A stretch of DNA of 59,293 bases from Macrostomum lignano (taxonomy: Eukaryota). The number at the start of each line of letters is the position of its first letter. Within the stretch, counting starts at the first letter, position 1. Positions 32,724 through 45,600 of the stretch are shown here, piece by piece. The DNA is taken from contig NIVC01000775.1 in NCBI GenBank assembly GCA_002269645.1, positions 1-59,293 of the forward strand. Direction: 5' to 3'. Both the position numbers and the translations under genes were made by a program. The notes under the pieces are model-generated. The model had not been told where the DNA came from and ran no database searches. It saw only the letters and a list, made by a program, of their open reading frames with translations.

Positions 32724-35700
32724 TTAAATTTTGCCTCGCTTCTTCCTGTCAGACAGGGACTTCATAATAGTAGCCATTTGCACCTCGGTAAAATTGAATA
32801 TGCCGATTATGGCCTTCAAATGCTGCAAGCCCTGGTCACGGTCCTTCTCGGTCAGGTAGTGGAACATCGAGTCCCTCAGGAATCTGAAATCACAATATAT
32901 ACCATTTTAAATGAGAGGTCGGCAAACTCAAAATCCTCAAAATCCAGATGAAGAATCCAGCTCATGGCTGCGGGTCCGATGAGAGTGAAAAGGAGAGAGA
33001 GAATAAAAGATGAGAGAAGAGAGAAGAGGGAGAGGGGAGAGAGGAGACAGGGGATAGAGAGAGGGTAAAGAAGAGAGAGAAGAGGGGAGGGAGGAGAGAG
33101 GGGAGAGGGGCAGAGAAGGGAGAGAGGGGAGAGGGGCAGAGAGGGAGAGGGGGAGAGAGGGGAGAGGGGAGAGAGGGGAGAGAGAGGGGAGAGAGAGGGA
33201 GAGGGAGAGGGGGAGAGAGGGGAGAGAGGGTAGAGGGGAGAGGGGAGAGGGAGAGGGGAGAGGGGAGAGGGGAGAGGGGGAGAGATGGGAGAGAGGGAAG
33301 AAGGGGCAGAGAGGGTAGAGAGGGAAGAAGGGGCAGAGAGGGTAGAGAGGGGAGAGGGGAGAGGGGAGAGGGGAGAGGGGAGAGAAGAGAGAGGAGAGGA
33401 GAGACACAAACCTTGAGCGAGCCAGATTGCTATTGTAAAGTTTCAAAGGACCCGAGGGTCAGATAGAGATTATTTGTGGGCTTCGTGTGGCCCGCGGGCC
33501 GAAGTTTTTCGACCCCTGCTTTAAATGTAAATTCCTGCAAATTGCAGTCTGAAATTCCACTGATGCCTTGATAACCAACCTGAGTCTGGCATCCGCTTCC
33601 GTGGCCGGCTGCTCACTTTCCGAGTAGGTCTCCATCAGTTTTAGAGTCTGCCACTTGTGCAGATCCTGCTGAGTTAGCTCCAGCTTCTCCACCAACTCAT
33701 CAATGGACACTTTGTCCGGCTCTTGGACCGCCAACTTTTCCAACTGAAATGTTTTTTTTAATTTCACAAGGATTTTTTTCTCTGTTAATATATAAGCATA
33801 GAAGGAAATAGGAAATCATGCATTTCATGTAATTTTACCCACCTCATCTTGCCGTTCAAACTTGGCAGACTCCTGGCCCTTGCGGTACATCTCCAAATAG
33901 TACTGTTGGTGGCGCTGCTCGCGCTCCTCCATCTCCTGGCGCAGTCGAGCCACCTCCCGTTCGAGCTCTTCCTCGCGTCTCTTCACCTCCCCGTGCAGGG
34001 CGGTGAGCGCCTGATAGTCCAGTGTCAGCTGGTCAATCTCCGCCTGCAGCTCGGCTATGAACTCCTCCTTATCCTTGACGGCCATGCTGATGTCCTCAGC
34101 TTTTTCGCGGGCCGCTGCCTCAATCTCTTCCTCGCGTTCCGTGATAACCTGCGAGATTCGGAAGCCAGCAGATCGATGTTCAGAGAATGTACAATATGTA
34201 CACGAACTAGTGAAGCTAGCAATTTTTTAAACAACTACTCGTAGTATAATAGTATTAATAATGTTAATGATAATATTTGACTCTACCTGCCCCAATGGCC
34301 AGATGTGCAACCAACAGCTCAGCCACAGCAATTTCGAGGCGCATCTGATGGCCGCGTACGGCTGTTCAGTCCAAGGACTGGGGGGTCGCCAATTACCCCA
34401 GCTAATGCTGGCACCCATTTTACAGCTGGGTGGACTGAAGCAATGCAGAGTTAAGTGTCTTGCTCAATCGAACACAAATCTTTCTGAATGGGTCGAGAAT
34501 CGAACCCCCCACCTTTCAGTCGTGAGTCCGACGCTCTAGCCACTAGTATGCCTACTGGTAGTAGTATGCATAGATAACAAGCTGAATATTAACCTGATAG
34601 GCCTCCTGCAGTAGCCGCCGCAACTCTTTAACCTCGGACTCTTTGCGCTGCAGTGGCGTCAGATACTGATTTTCGTTACTGGCCTCCAGCGCCTTGTTGG
34701 CCTCCTCCTGCAGCTTTTGCAAGCGGCCGCGGCTTGCCGCAGTCTGTTTGACCTCCACTCCGCCGCGTATTTCTGTAACAAGTAACAGATTTTCCCTGTC
34801 CCAGTGTTTCATAGTTCTTAGTTTCTAAAAAATATAACTTCAATCTGCTCATAAAAAAATTACATCAGTATAAATTGTTGAAAAGCCTCATACCTGGCAT
34901 TGGGGTTGCCTTCGTAACGTGCTGCAGCTCAGTGGAGTCGGGTGTGCGCTGGGTCACCCGGTGCACTCGGCTGACTCCTGGAGCTCGCAAACGGGATGGG
35001 CCGCCACCGCCGCCACTCGCTCCGCTGCCATCCGGAAAGACTTCGCTTGAGCCGCCCGACTCAGTCTTGCTCAACTGTGAAGAATTTGACCTGCGCAGCT
35101 CGTCTGCTTTGGCGGCCTGGATAGCAGAGCTCTGACTAGCAGCAGCAGTAGAAGCAGAATCAGCGCAGGTGGCTCCTGCAGCTGAAGCTGTCGGAGCATC
35201 ACCAACTGTTGCTCGCCGAGAAGCCGTCGCTGCCGTACGCGTAGTCTTGACGGTTGCATCGGCCGCCGAGCTCACTCGGACCTTTTCGCGGGTTGTCGCC
35301 GCTGGCTTTTCCGAGGTGATAGAGCGCCGCTTTGGTGGCGGCTTGCTGGTCAGCACAGGCTTCTCATCTCCGTCCTTTTCTTCGGTGGCTGCGGCAGGTT
35401 TTCGCACTGCCGTTGGCTTGGATTTCAGCGGAGACGCACTTGATTTGGCGTCTTTGGCTTCCTCCTGATGCTGCTGCTGCTGTTTCGGGGCAGTGGTGCG
35501 GGCTGCAGAGGTGCGGCGCACTGGAGCTGATGTCTTATGTTCAGCACTACCGGAAGCCTCTTCGTGCTCTGTTTTTGATGGCACGGGGATGGCTGTCGCT
35601 CGCTTTGGCATTGTTGGGGTCCTCTTGGTTTTTGAAGCCGCCGCTACCTCCTCCTTCCGACTATCTGCGCCAGCTTTTGTGGTAGGGTGAGAAGTCCCTG

Positions 35701-36736
35701 GCTTGGATTTTGTCACGGCTGGTGAGGGCTTACTGCCAGCCAACGGAGCCTTCTTGGGCTCCGCTTTCTTTGTGCTCTTTTTCTCCGAAGGTGGCTTGAT
35801 TTTCGACCCCGCTGGTTCATCTGCTTTTGGTTCAAGAGTTGTTGCTTCCGCTGCTTCCGCTGGAGGCTGCCGAGTGTCAGACGACTCGATCGCCTCCTCC
35901 TTAGCCTCCTGCACTGCAGCTTCCTCCTCTACTTTCTCGGTTGAGTTTGAGTCCACTTCTTCATTCTCTGCTTTTTCAGGCAGTACAGTCTCCGCCTCCG
36001 ATTCGACGTCCACTTTTTTGGGAGTTTCCTCATTCTCAGGCTCAGCAGTGCTGACTTCTGTTTCGTTGGCTTCGTTGGCCGCCTCCTCTGTGCTTTCGGC
36101 CTCATCAATAGCGTGAGCATCACTATCCGACACTGGGAGAACGTCAGGTTCTTCCGGACGCTCAGGTTCTTGAGCTACATCTTCCGTACGCGCCTCTACT
36201 GGCTCAATCGCTACATCCGTGCCTGACTCGATGACCAGCGTCTCCGATGTTTCCGTGACGGTGATGGCCAACTCCTCCTGAGCCTCTTCTTGATGGAGCT
36301 GAACAGCACCTTCATCGTTTGGCTCGGGAACATCCATTGAAGGCTGTTCTAGCTCTTCTTCTGACTCACAGTCAGCCTTCTCCAGCTCTGTCTCCACACC
36401 GGAGGCACTATCCGCTAGCAGTTCGCTCTCAGCTGATACAACCGCTTCAGTCTCCTGCTGCTCTTTGTTTTGAGCCTCCTGCTCCTGCATTACTGGCTCC
36501 TCACTTGAGACGCAATCCTCTGCTGGCTTCTCCTCATCCAAATACGATCCGTTAGGCAGCTGTGCTGATGGACTGGTCGGGTCATCGCTAGCCTTCACTA
36601 CTGCCGGGCCGCTGTCCGTCTCCGCATCCATGTGCTGGCAGCAGTATTGAATGCCCACTGAACAGGTTTTTGCTTGGCTCGTCGCTTCTTCTTCCTTCTC
36701 TGTCTGGCGCTCACCGATAGCTGTCGCTACAGACAT
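32724..36736 (-). CDS. qtc: Quick-to-court-like coiled-coil protein with C-terminal GRIP domain and long low-complexity N-terminus (~883 aa)
   Basis: Exons 34894-36736 (acceptor also at 36762), 34594-34772, 33843-34148, 33580-33743, 32724-32883, in phase (2652 nt). Coiled coil ends YYLEMYRKGQESAKFER. The last exon, absent from the ORF track, gives ARL-RFLRDSMFHYLTEKD..HLKAIIGIFNFTEVQ, a GRIP-type motif. The start codon is uncertain. Confidence 0.8.
32913..33518 (-). mobile_element. Full-length hAT/Charlie-like MITE with ~420-bp homopurine tract
   Basis: Ends GAGAGGTCGGCAAAC ... TTTTTCGACCCCTG. 8-bp flanks TTTTAAAT (32905-32912) and CTTTAAAT (33519-33526) match 7/8, as expected for a TSD. It sits in the last intron of the qtc-like gene. 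Confidence 0.85.
34243..34546 (-). mobile_element. SINE family 1 copy
   Basis: Matches 4580-4885 and has a degenerate AAT tail. Confidence 0.9.
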
Positions 36737-38890
36737 TGCATCGGAAGGCTGGCCTGACTTCCCTGCGCGGAGTTGAGGTGGGCAAAACTGCAATAGCTAG
36801 CTGGGACAGTGGAGACAGTGAGTTGGGACAGAGCCGGGTTGACTCTGCATTCGTGCGCGAGACGGGGCGGGAAGGCATGAGGGAGCGTGGCTGGGGCCAG
36901 CCGACAGCCCGGAAGGTCTTGGGCTCGGCTCGCATATTGATTTTCTTCTTTCTAGTGGGTCCTCGCAGCGCTGCGTCTATCTCAACCGTCTCTTTGAAAA
37001 GCACGAGTGCGTGATACTCTCCCACTGACCAACTGTTTCGCCCCGCCGGCCCCGCAGCAATGGTCTCAAGCCTGCATTGACTCTCTTTGAGTGAGTTTTT
37101 TAGCTACTCACCCAACCCGACTGCTATTATACTCGTAATAATAGAAAAAATTAATGTTATTTGAAAATGAAGCTCCACGAGTCGAGCACTTGTCTAACTT
37201 CTAGCATTTCATTCCCAGTGTTTCCATTCATGGCACCCCAGTGCCCAATTCAGGCTTCTCCAGTAACAATGTTCGAGAATAAGAGTAAAATTCTTATTCA
37301 CTCTTGCATATTAGTGGGTCCCAATTGGGTAATTCTGTCTTTTTTTATTCTGTTGTTGACTTCATACGCAACTTGTCCTCAGAAAATTTCTACACTTCCA
37401 GACTGACAACAAGCATTCAGTTTGATGAAATATTTAACTCTATTTGTCTATTTAACAGTTATAGTAGAGCAATTTAACTCAATATTGCAGTCATTGATTA
37501 CGCTCTAGCCAATGCTCCGTTCGAATGCGGAACTTGAGCTATTTGAGCTAAACACGAACAACTTTAGAAAAAGCGGGTTGGCTGTGGAAAAGCCTCATAA
37601 TGAGAATCCTGGAACAGAATGCATTGAAGAAGCGCAGCTGAGCTTTAATCGCGGGTTCCGGAAGTGAATCAGCGGTTACAGCACCCGGCACTCGCACCAA
37701 AGTACATGTATCTGCACTCGTATCCGTGCTCGCTCCATTCAACAATTATTATTATTCGAAGTACACGCAGTTATCTGCTCCAGCTTACCCTTGGGCAGCA
37801 ATAACGAGTTGTGAAGATTTGCTCAGCAGTTGTAGTCAGAGTTCTAAGAAAACAAGAGGCATCAAGCAGGCATCAAATCAAATGTTGAGCCGAGTTGCAG
37901 TGCCAATAGCCAACAGTACACGAGTTATATGTGTTCCACTCTAGAAATTTAAGGATATACGAGAGACTCGTAGCTTTGACTCGTTGTTTTGCTCCACGCA
38001 CAACTCCTAATTTTATTTTCGTTTCTTTTCGTCTCAACTGATCCCAGAAGCGACAACTCCCAAGGCTTCGGGGTTCGAGGGTTTTCATTTGCACAAACTG
38101 AGAGCAGAACTCGAGGCGAAAACTGTTGCATTTTAATCGATTGCCCGTGTAAGAAGTTGGAAAAGATACACTTGCGTACACGCTAACTGAAGGGTGGAGA
38201 ATACCCTTCCTCATGGAGAGCACCTTGCGAGAGCCTACAAGAGCTAGTGTACCACGAATTGGTGCAGGACCTGTTGCCTAGTCAGAAATAGAACGTCCCA
38301 ATCACTTTGCCACGTACGAGCGTAGTTATTAGAAATCATTTTCAAATGAGGATCGCACCAGTACCTGGCGTTGTATGTGCGTAGCTCAAGCTTATTTGAG
38401 CATATACAATATATAATGATAACATTCGCATTAGGGCTGTGGGCTCCCTGACGCAACGCCTTTAAAGACAACGTCCCACAACGCTGCGGCCATTATGCCC
38501 GTTTCCGTTGACTCCTGAGGACATACAATCGCGCACCCTTACACTCGCTCACACAGGAGTGTACAGCGGCCCAATTTTTCTAACCATCAGGCATGTACAC
38601 TCTCTGAGTCTTGGGGGTTGGCCCTCAATGTGCGAGAATTGCACAAGCCCCATGTCAAATTCTGGCCACTGAATTGCTCCCAGGTACTTGGCACGAGAGT
38701 CAGACAGACGCGTTTACCGATGAGGCGCTCTGCTGCTTGCTTCAGTGCTGTCTTTCCCTGTTGCTCTTTTAAAACTTTTTTCGACGACTGCCTAAGTAGT
38801 GTTTTATTGATGCTTGACTCATGACCTTGCTTTCTTACAAAATCAGGAACAATAAAAGCACTACTGACTACTGGAAGAAGCAAGTTAAGC

Positions 38891-39155
38891 ATAATAAATA
38901 ATAATTGATTACACCTGCCCCAATGGCCAGATGTGCAACCGACAGCTCAGCCGCAGCCATTGCGCGGCGCATCTGATGGCTGCGTACGGCTGTTCAGTCC
39001 AAGGACTGGGGGGTCGCCACACACCCTCAATTACCCCAGCTAATGCTGGCACCCATTCTACAGCTGGGTAAACTGAAGCAATGCAGAGTTAAGTGGATCA
39101 AGAATCGAACCCCCGACCTTTCAGTTGTGAGTCAGACGCTCTAACCACTAGGCTA
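38891..39155 (-). mobile_element. SINE family 1 copy with internal deletion
   Basis: Matches the family but lacks ~30 bp between GAGTTAAGTG and GAGAATCGAACC. Confidence 0.88.
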
Positions 39156-39628
39156 GAACCCCTTAAGCTTAAGTAGTCTACTGAATATCGCTTGTCAGGC
39201 CTAGGCTTGCACTATAGTAGCATACAGGAAGCATATAAGCAAATTTTAGTCAGAAGTGCTGCTGTATTATTGGTGGCTGTGCATGTGCAGTCAGCATCGA
39301 AGTCTGATCTATTGAGCTCAAACTAAGCATTCTTAACAAACTTTGCAACTCGCAACAGAGCTGATTGTCTTCAACCGAAACTGAAGGCTGGTATATTTTT
39401 GCAGAGTTTGTACTGAGACAGAACAGGCGAATTGAGCAGCTGGACTGATGCCGATAAGCTACTGGCTTGAATGGGTGAGAAAAATGGTACGATGCAACTG
39501 CTTCTTCGCTGCACAGATTCGTTTGATTTGTACAATGAACATTTCAGACATCATCAAAACTGCACTTGAAAGAGTGAATTCGGCTTCCACTGTTTAATTT
39601 TGTTGTTTAGATAGAAAAGTTTGCCGCC

Positions 39629-42600
39629 TCAAACAAAGCTGGCTTCGGTGTAGGGGCTGAAGCTTGGGTAATGCTGCTGCTTCCCAGGAGACGCCTTGTT
39701 CCCGTCGACGCAAAGACCTGACGGTGGCGGCGGCGGCGGCGGCTGCGGCGGCTGTACTGGCAGAGCAACCTCTTCGCCGCAATCTCCGGCCTGTCCGGTC
39801 TGACCAGCGGCGGCACCTTTGATCTCGTAGTACATGTGCAGGCCGGTGTTGTACAGCTTGGCGCTGTCGCCGGTTCTGCGGCCCAATCGGACGCCTGTCG
39901 TGTCCAGCGGCTGGTAGTCCTGCACCTGCTTGCGATCGGCCTCCAAGCCGATGCTGCCAGCTGTAGATAGGCGGAATGACACATTTTATCGGTTTTATTC
40001 GTTTGTTTGGTAAGTCAAGCAGTAGTTATTATCGCATTTTAGCGTCCGAATTTGTTTGAATAGCTCAGTCATTGCAACCACTACCGTTGAGTATTAAATT
40101 AGACAGACTGAAATATGAGCTGAAAGCGTAGCTAATAGAAACGAACCAAACGCACCTGGGCCGGGGCTGGTGGTGCAGTACCGGGCATCTCGTCCGGTCG
40201 TGCGGTAGCCGTAGGCACCGGCTGATGTTGTCGGCTTCAGCTGAAGATTCGCATTGTAGGTGCAGAAGTCCTCCTGTGTGAGTCGCAGGGATGGTCTTCT
40301 GCTGTGCTCATTGTGACTATGTGCATAGTTCAGCCCTAGCATCAGTTTGCTGTGCTCATTGTGACTGTGTGTTTAGTGCAGCCCTAGCATCAGTTTGCTG
40401 TGCTCATTGTGACTGTGTGCATAGTTCAGCCCTAGCATCAGTTTGCTGTGCTCATTGTGACTGTGTGTTTAGTGCAGCCCTAGCATCAGTTTGCTGTGCT
40501 CATTGTGACTGTGTGTTTAGTGCAGCCCTAGCATCAGTTTGCTGTGCTCATTGTGACTGTGTGTGCATAGTTCAGCCCTAGCATCAGTTTGCTGTGCTCA
40601 TTGTGACTGTGTGTTTAGTGCAGCCCTAGCATCAGTTTGCTGTGCTCATTGTGACTGTGTGTGCATAGTGCAGCCCTAGCATCAGTTTGCTGTGCTCATT
40701 GTGACTGTGTGTGCATAGTTCAGCCCTAGCATCAGTTTGCTGTGCTCATTGTGACTGTGTGTTTAGTGCAGCCCTAGCATCAGTTTGCTGTGCTCATTGT
40801 GACTGTGTGTGCATAGTTCAGCCCTAGCATCAGTTTGCTGTGCTCATTGTGACTGTGTGTGCATAGTGCAGCCCTAGCATCAGTTTGCTGTGCTCATTGT
40901 GACTGTGTGTGCATAGTTCAGCCCTAGCATCAGTTTGCTGTGCTCATTGTGACTGTGTTTAGTGCAGCCCTAGCATCAGTTTGCTGTGCTCATTGTGACT
41001 GTGTTTAGTGCAGCCCTAGCATCAGTTTGCTGTGCTCATTGTGACTGTGTTTAGTGCAGCCCTAGCATCAGTTTGCTGTGCTCATTGTGACTGTGTTTAG
41101 TGCAGTCCTAGCATCAGTTTGCTGTGCTCATTTTGTGTGCATAGTGCATTCCTAGCATCAGTTTGCTGTGCTCATTGTGACTGTGTGCATAGTTCAGCCC
41201 TAGCATCAGTTTGCTGTGCTCATTGTGACTGTGTGTGCATAGTTCAGCCCTAGCATCAGTTTGCTGTGCTCATTGTGACTGTGTGTGCATAGTTCAGCCC
41301 TAGCATCAGTTTGCTGTGCTCATTGTGACTGTGCGTGCATAGTTCAGCCCTAGCATCAGTTTGCTGTGCTCATTGTGACTGTGTGTGCATAGTGCAGCCC
41401 TAGCATCAGTTTGCTGTGCTCATTGTGACTGTGTGTGCATAGTGCAGCCCTAGCATCAGTTTGCTGTGCTCATTGTGACTGTGTGCATAGTGCAGCCCTA
41501 GCATCAGTTTAAAGTAAATACCCAAATGCATGAATCTAAAATCAAGGCATAAAAAGTAGCGAATCGAAAATTCCCAGCCCCGGCTAAAGTCTCCCAGCCG
41601 GACACAGATAGCACGTCGGTCTCTCCTCTTTCCTTCTCATTCTCTTAGTTTCAGCTCACCCCTCCGGGCAAGGGACTCGAGGCCACCGGGGGCTGGGATG
41701 TGGAAATAGGGACCGATCAGGTCGGATGGGGCCCGGGGAGGCTGGGAGCGAACGAGAGAGGCGGGATAGATGGGAACGGCGAATGTTGAGACCTTGGCAA
41801 TCAGATTATGAGCCGGGCACTGTCCCAGGCCCCCTTCCCACTCTCCTCTTCAGTAGATTGCCTTCGCCCCTCTGGCTGTCTCTTTTGCTCTATTGCTGCT
41901 TTTGTAAGGCTTGAACTCCGCGGCTCCGGGCCCGGGCTTCATCATTCCGAAACAGCCTCTCCGCCCTCCTCACTTTTGCCGAGCTCGGGAAGCGATAAAG
42001 CGACGGAAGGATGAAGGGACTTAGGCAGAGAGGATGCACGTAGGGATATTTCGCGGAAATATAATCCCCAATATAATATTTTCCAGAAATAAACAAATTA
42101 TGTTTATTTATGTTTATTTTCCAATTTTTTCGGCCGGTGCATCCAAATTAGATAAATTATTTGGCTTCTGACTCGATGTTCAGATTCTTCCCCAATGAAT
42201 TATTGCTCAGAAAGTTTCAGAAGTTACTATTACGAGCTAGGGTAACCATGCACCGTCGCATTTCTCAATCCTCAGCGTGTCAAAGGGCGTCTCACCTCTC
42301 CGTTGAAGTCTTTGTACGCAGGCGGCATGTCATACGAGCCGGATATCATTTTCACGTCCGCGTGCTCAGCATCTGAAAGGCGATTATTGTAAACCACATA
42401 TTTATTAACGTTGGTTTCAGTTAGCAAATTCAATGAGTAGGGAGGCTACCAGAACACCCAGTTTCTGATTGACAGAAATACTAAACATTTTCGAATGGTC
42501 AAGGCACACCACTCTATCCACTGTTCTACCCTACCTACTGCACTACCTACCTACTGTTCTATCCACCCACTGCTCTACCTACCTATTGTTCTACCTACTC

Positions 42601-45600
42601 ACCGCTCTACCTACCCACTGCTCTACCCACCCACTGCTCTACCTACCCACTGCTCTACCCAACCACTGCTCTACCCACCCACTGCTCTACCTACCCACTA
42701 CTCTACCCACCCACTGCTCTACCTACCCACTGCTCTACCCACCCACTGCTCTATCTACCCACTGCTCTACCCACCCACTGCTCTATCTACCCACCGCTCT
42801 ACCCAACCACTGCTCTACCCACCCACTGTTCTACCTACCCACTGCTCTACCCTCCTACTAAATGCACTAGCAATACTGCTTGAGATGTAAGGGCCCAGCG
42901 CCTCCATGAAGCGCATGTAAACGCTCAACAACCAGCAATAAATCACTCCTTTATGCATAATGTCGTTCTAGATTTCTAATCCGACTTGGTGGAGCTTCCT
43001 ATAGTTTTCTTAACTTTAAGAGAGTTTGACTGATTCGGGAAAGCTTCTTAGCAAAAGTGTGAGAGGCTCAGGCTAGCCCTATCGCTAGCCGAGAAGCACT
43101 TTGCAGAAATCTGAGCGACACTAAAGAGCCGAACTCCTGTGTCTGCAGCTCCGACTCTCGGCCGCCTCCCCATCGCAGCACAACTCACTCAGTCGCTAAT
43201 GAGAGCTGACTCTCCCTGTCTCAGACTCCGCCAAGCCGCGCCCATCCCAGCGGCACTGCTGCCCCCCCCCTGGAGCCGCGGTTCGAGTCTCAAGCTTCAA
43301 TTCGGAACCCGCTATTTTTTCATCGTCTCGAAAGCGAAATGAGTTGCCGAAAAAGCAAATGAGAGCCGCACTTAGTTGAAAAAGGCGGGGAGATGCGCTC
43401 CGGAATCGATGCAAAATCAGCTCGAGAGCTGTCCATCAAAACAAACTCGCTACCGGCGGCTTGTCCTCAGCTTGCAGTGAATTTTTGTGAATCCGAATAA
43501 ATTCTGTCTGGCATTCGCATTCTCTCCACCCTCGTGAATCGTTGAGCTCAAGCAGCTGTCGCTGGGGATGCTGCATGGGAATCCACAGGTGGGGCACCCG
43601 GAAATCGAAGGCGATTCTTGCTCGGCAAGGCGTGAGGACGCACTGTGTGAATATGCTGGACTGGACCACCTTCGAGTCTAATCCTGATTACACATAATGC
43701 ATGTATACTTCATGAAGGTTTTCATTTAAGATTTGACCTAAAATCTATCAAATTGGTCAAGCCTCTCTTGATTGCACACCTGGACCTGTTGTCATAGCAA
43801 CAGCTGGTTGTCGGCTCTTTTTGATGTAGACGGAGCGCTTGCGCACAATCAGGCAGACAACGGTGACCGTGGCGATGCCCAGCACCAGGAACATCACCGC
43901 CAAGCACACTATCACTATCTCGTTGCCGAGGCCCTTCCCTCCGCTGTGCTCGCCGCTGTCGCCTCCGCCGCCAGGTGAGCCAGACTCCGTGCCAGAGCCT
44001 CCGCCGCGATAGGCAGCGTCGCGCCGGTCGACAATATGCGCCCGGTACCTGGCCTCCGCCGAGCAGTTGCGCGCCGGCCGCGGTCGCAGGCACGCAGCAC
44101 TAGGATGAAGTCCCGCGCCGGCTGGCTGTGCAGCGCCTTGTTGATGAGCACCAGGCCTGAGCGCCGGTCGACGCTAAACAGATCGTGCACCTCCGCCCTG
44201 TTAAGCAGCTCGTAGTCTACCAGTCTATTGTCGCCCTCGTCTGGGTCCTCCGCCAGCACTTGGCCGATGCTGATTCCAGGCTCCCGCTTCGTGACCTGCA
44301 GGGGGTCGGTGTTGGTGGCTTGGGTGAAGGCAAAGTTGCAGTGAAATTCTCTGCTCCAATTGGGTCGATTGGGCCAACCGACAGCTCAGCCCCAGCTATT
44401 GCGCGGCGCATCTGAAGGCTGCGTACGGCTGTAGAGTCCAAGGACTAGGGGGTCGCCGCACACACCCTTAACTACCCCAGCTAATGCTGACACCCATTTT
44501 ACAGCTGAGTGAACTGAAGCAATGCAGAGTCGTGTCTTGCCCGAGGACGCAACTTGTTCCGAGTAAGGTGCAGAGTCGAACATCCGACCTTTCAGTCGTA
44601 AGTCCAACGCTCAAACCACTAGGCTAAAACCCCTTCTACTTATACTTCATAATGTAGAAGCTGTGAACAAAGACGCTTACATTTCCGAGGTCTTACCTGA
44701 AACACCTCCGGATGATTGGGCGTCAACCGAAACACCGGCCTGTTGTCGTTTTCATCTTCCACGGTGACCGACACCAAGCAGGTGCCAGTCAGTGCGCCGT
44801 GCCCGGACCTCGGCTGGTCCTCGGCGAGCACGCGAAACGAATAGTGCGCCTGCCGCTCCCGGTCCAGCGGCATCGACGTCTTGATCTCGCCAGTGCGCCG
44901 GTCGACGCTGAAGGCTCGCCAGTCCGCGTCGCCGTCGCGGTCGTCCAGCCGGTAGGCGACCGCGCCGTTGCCCAGCTCCTTCTCGTCCTCGTCCTCGGCT
45001 TCGACGAAGCCGACCGTGCTGTCGGCTGGCCGATTCTCGCGCACCCGCAGTCGGTACTCTGCCTGCCGGCACATCGGCTGACGGTCGTTTGCGTCGACCA
45101 CGCGGACGGTGACCGTGGCAGTGGCGGTCAGTGGTGACTTGCCGCCGTCCGTAACCAGCACTCGCAGCGTGTAGCTGGCCTGCCGTTCTCGATCGAAGAC
45201 CACCAGCGGTCTGAGCTGCCCGGTGTCGGCGTTCACCTCGAAAAGTCTGGCAGCCTCCAGGTCGGTGGGATCGAGCGCGAACTGCAGCCGGCTGTTGTTG
45301 CCGATGTCCGCGTCGTGCACGTGATTGCGCACTCGGCCCTGCAGCGGGCGTCGCTCCGCGTCTTCCTCCAGAGCCTGAAGGAAAGTGCGGAACATCTCTT
45401 ACACATTGTTTCCTTCCACTGCCTACTAGTTTACATTTTAGTTCGCTAAATGAGCCGTCAAATCACTTGGCAACGCAAAGCATTACAAGCTACTCATACG
45501 GCAAATTCAGTTTAATGCACTTTTAGCCGGTAAGATTAGCCAACTGAGAAATTGATCAGAGTCGGACTGAAAGCGCCACAAAAGACGCTTTATTGATTTA

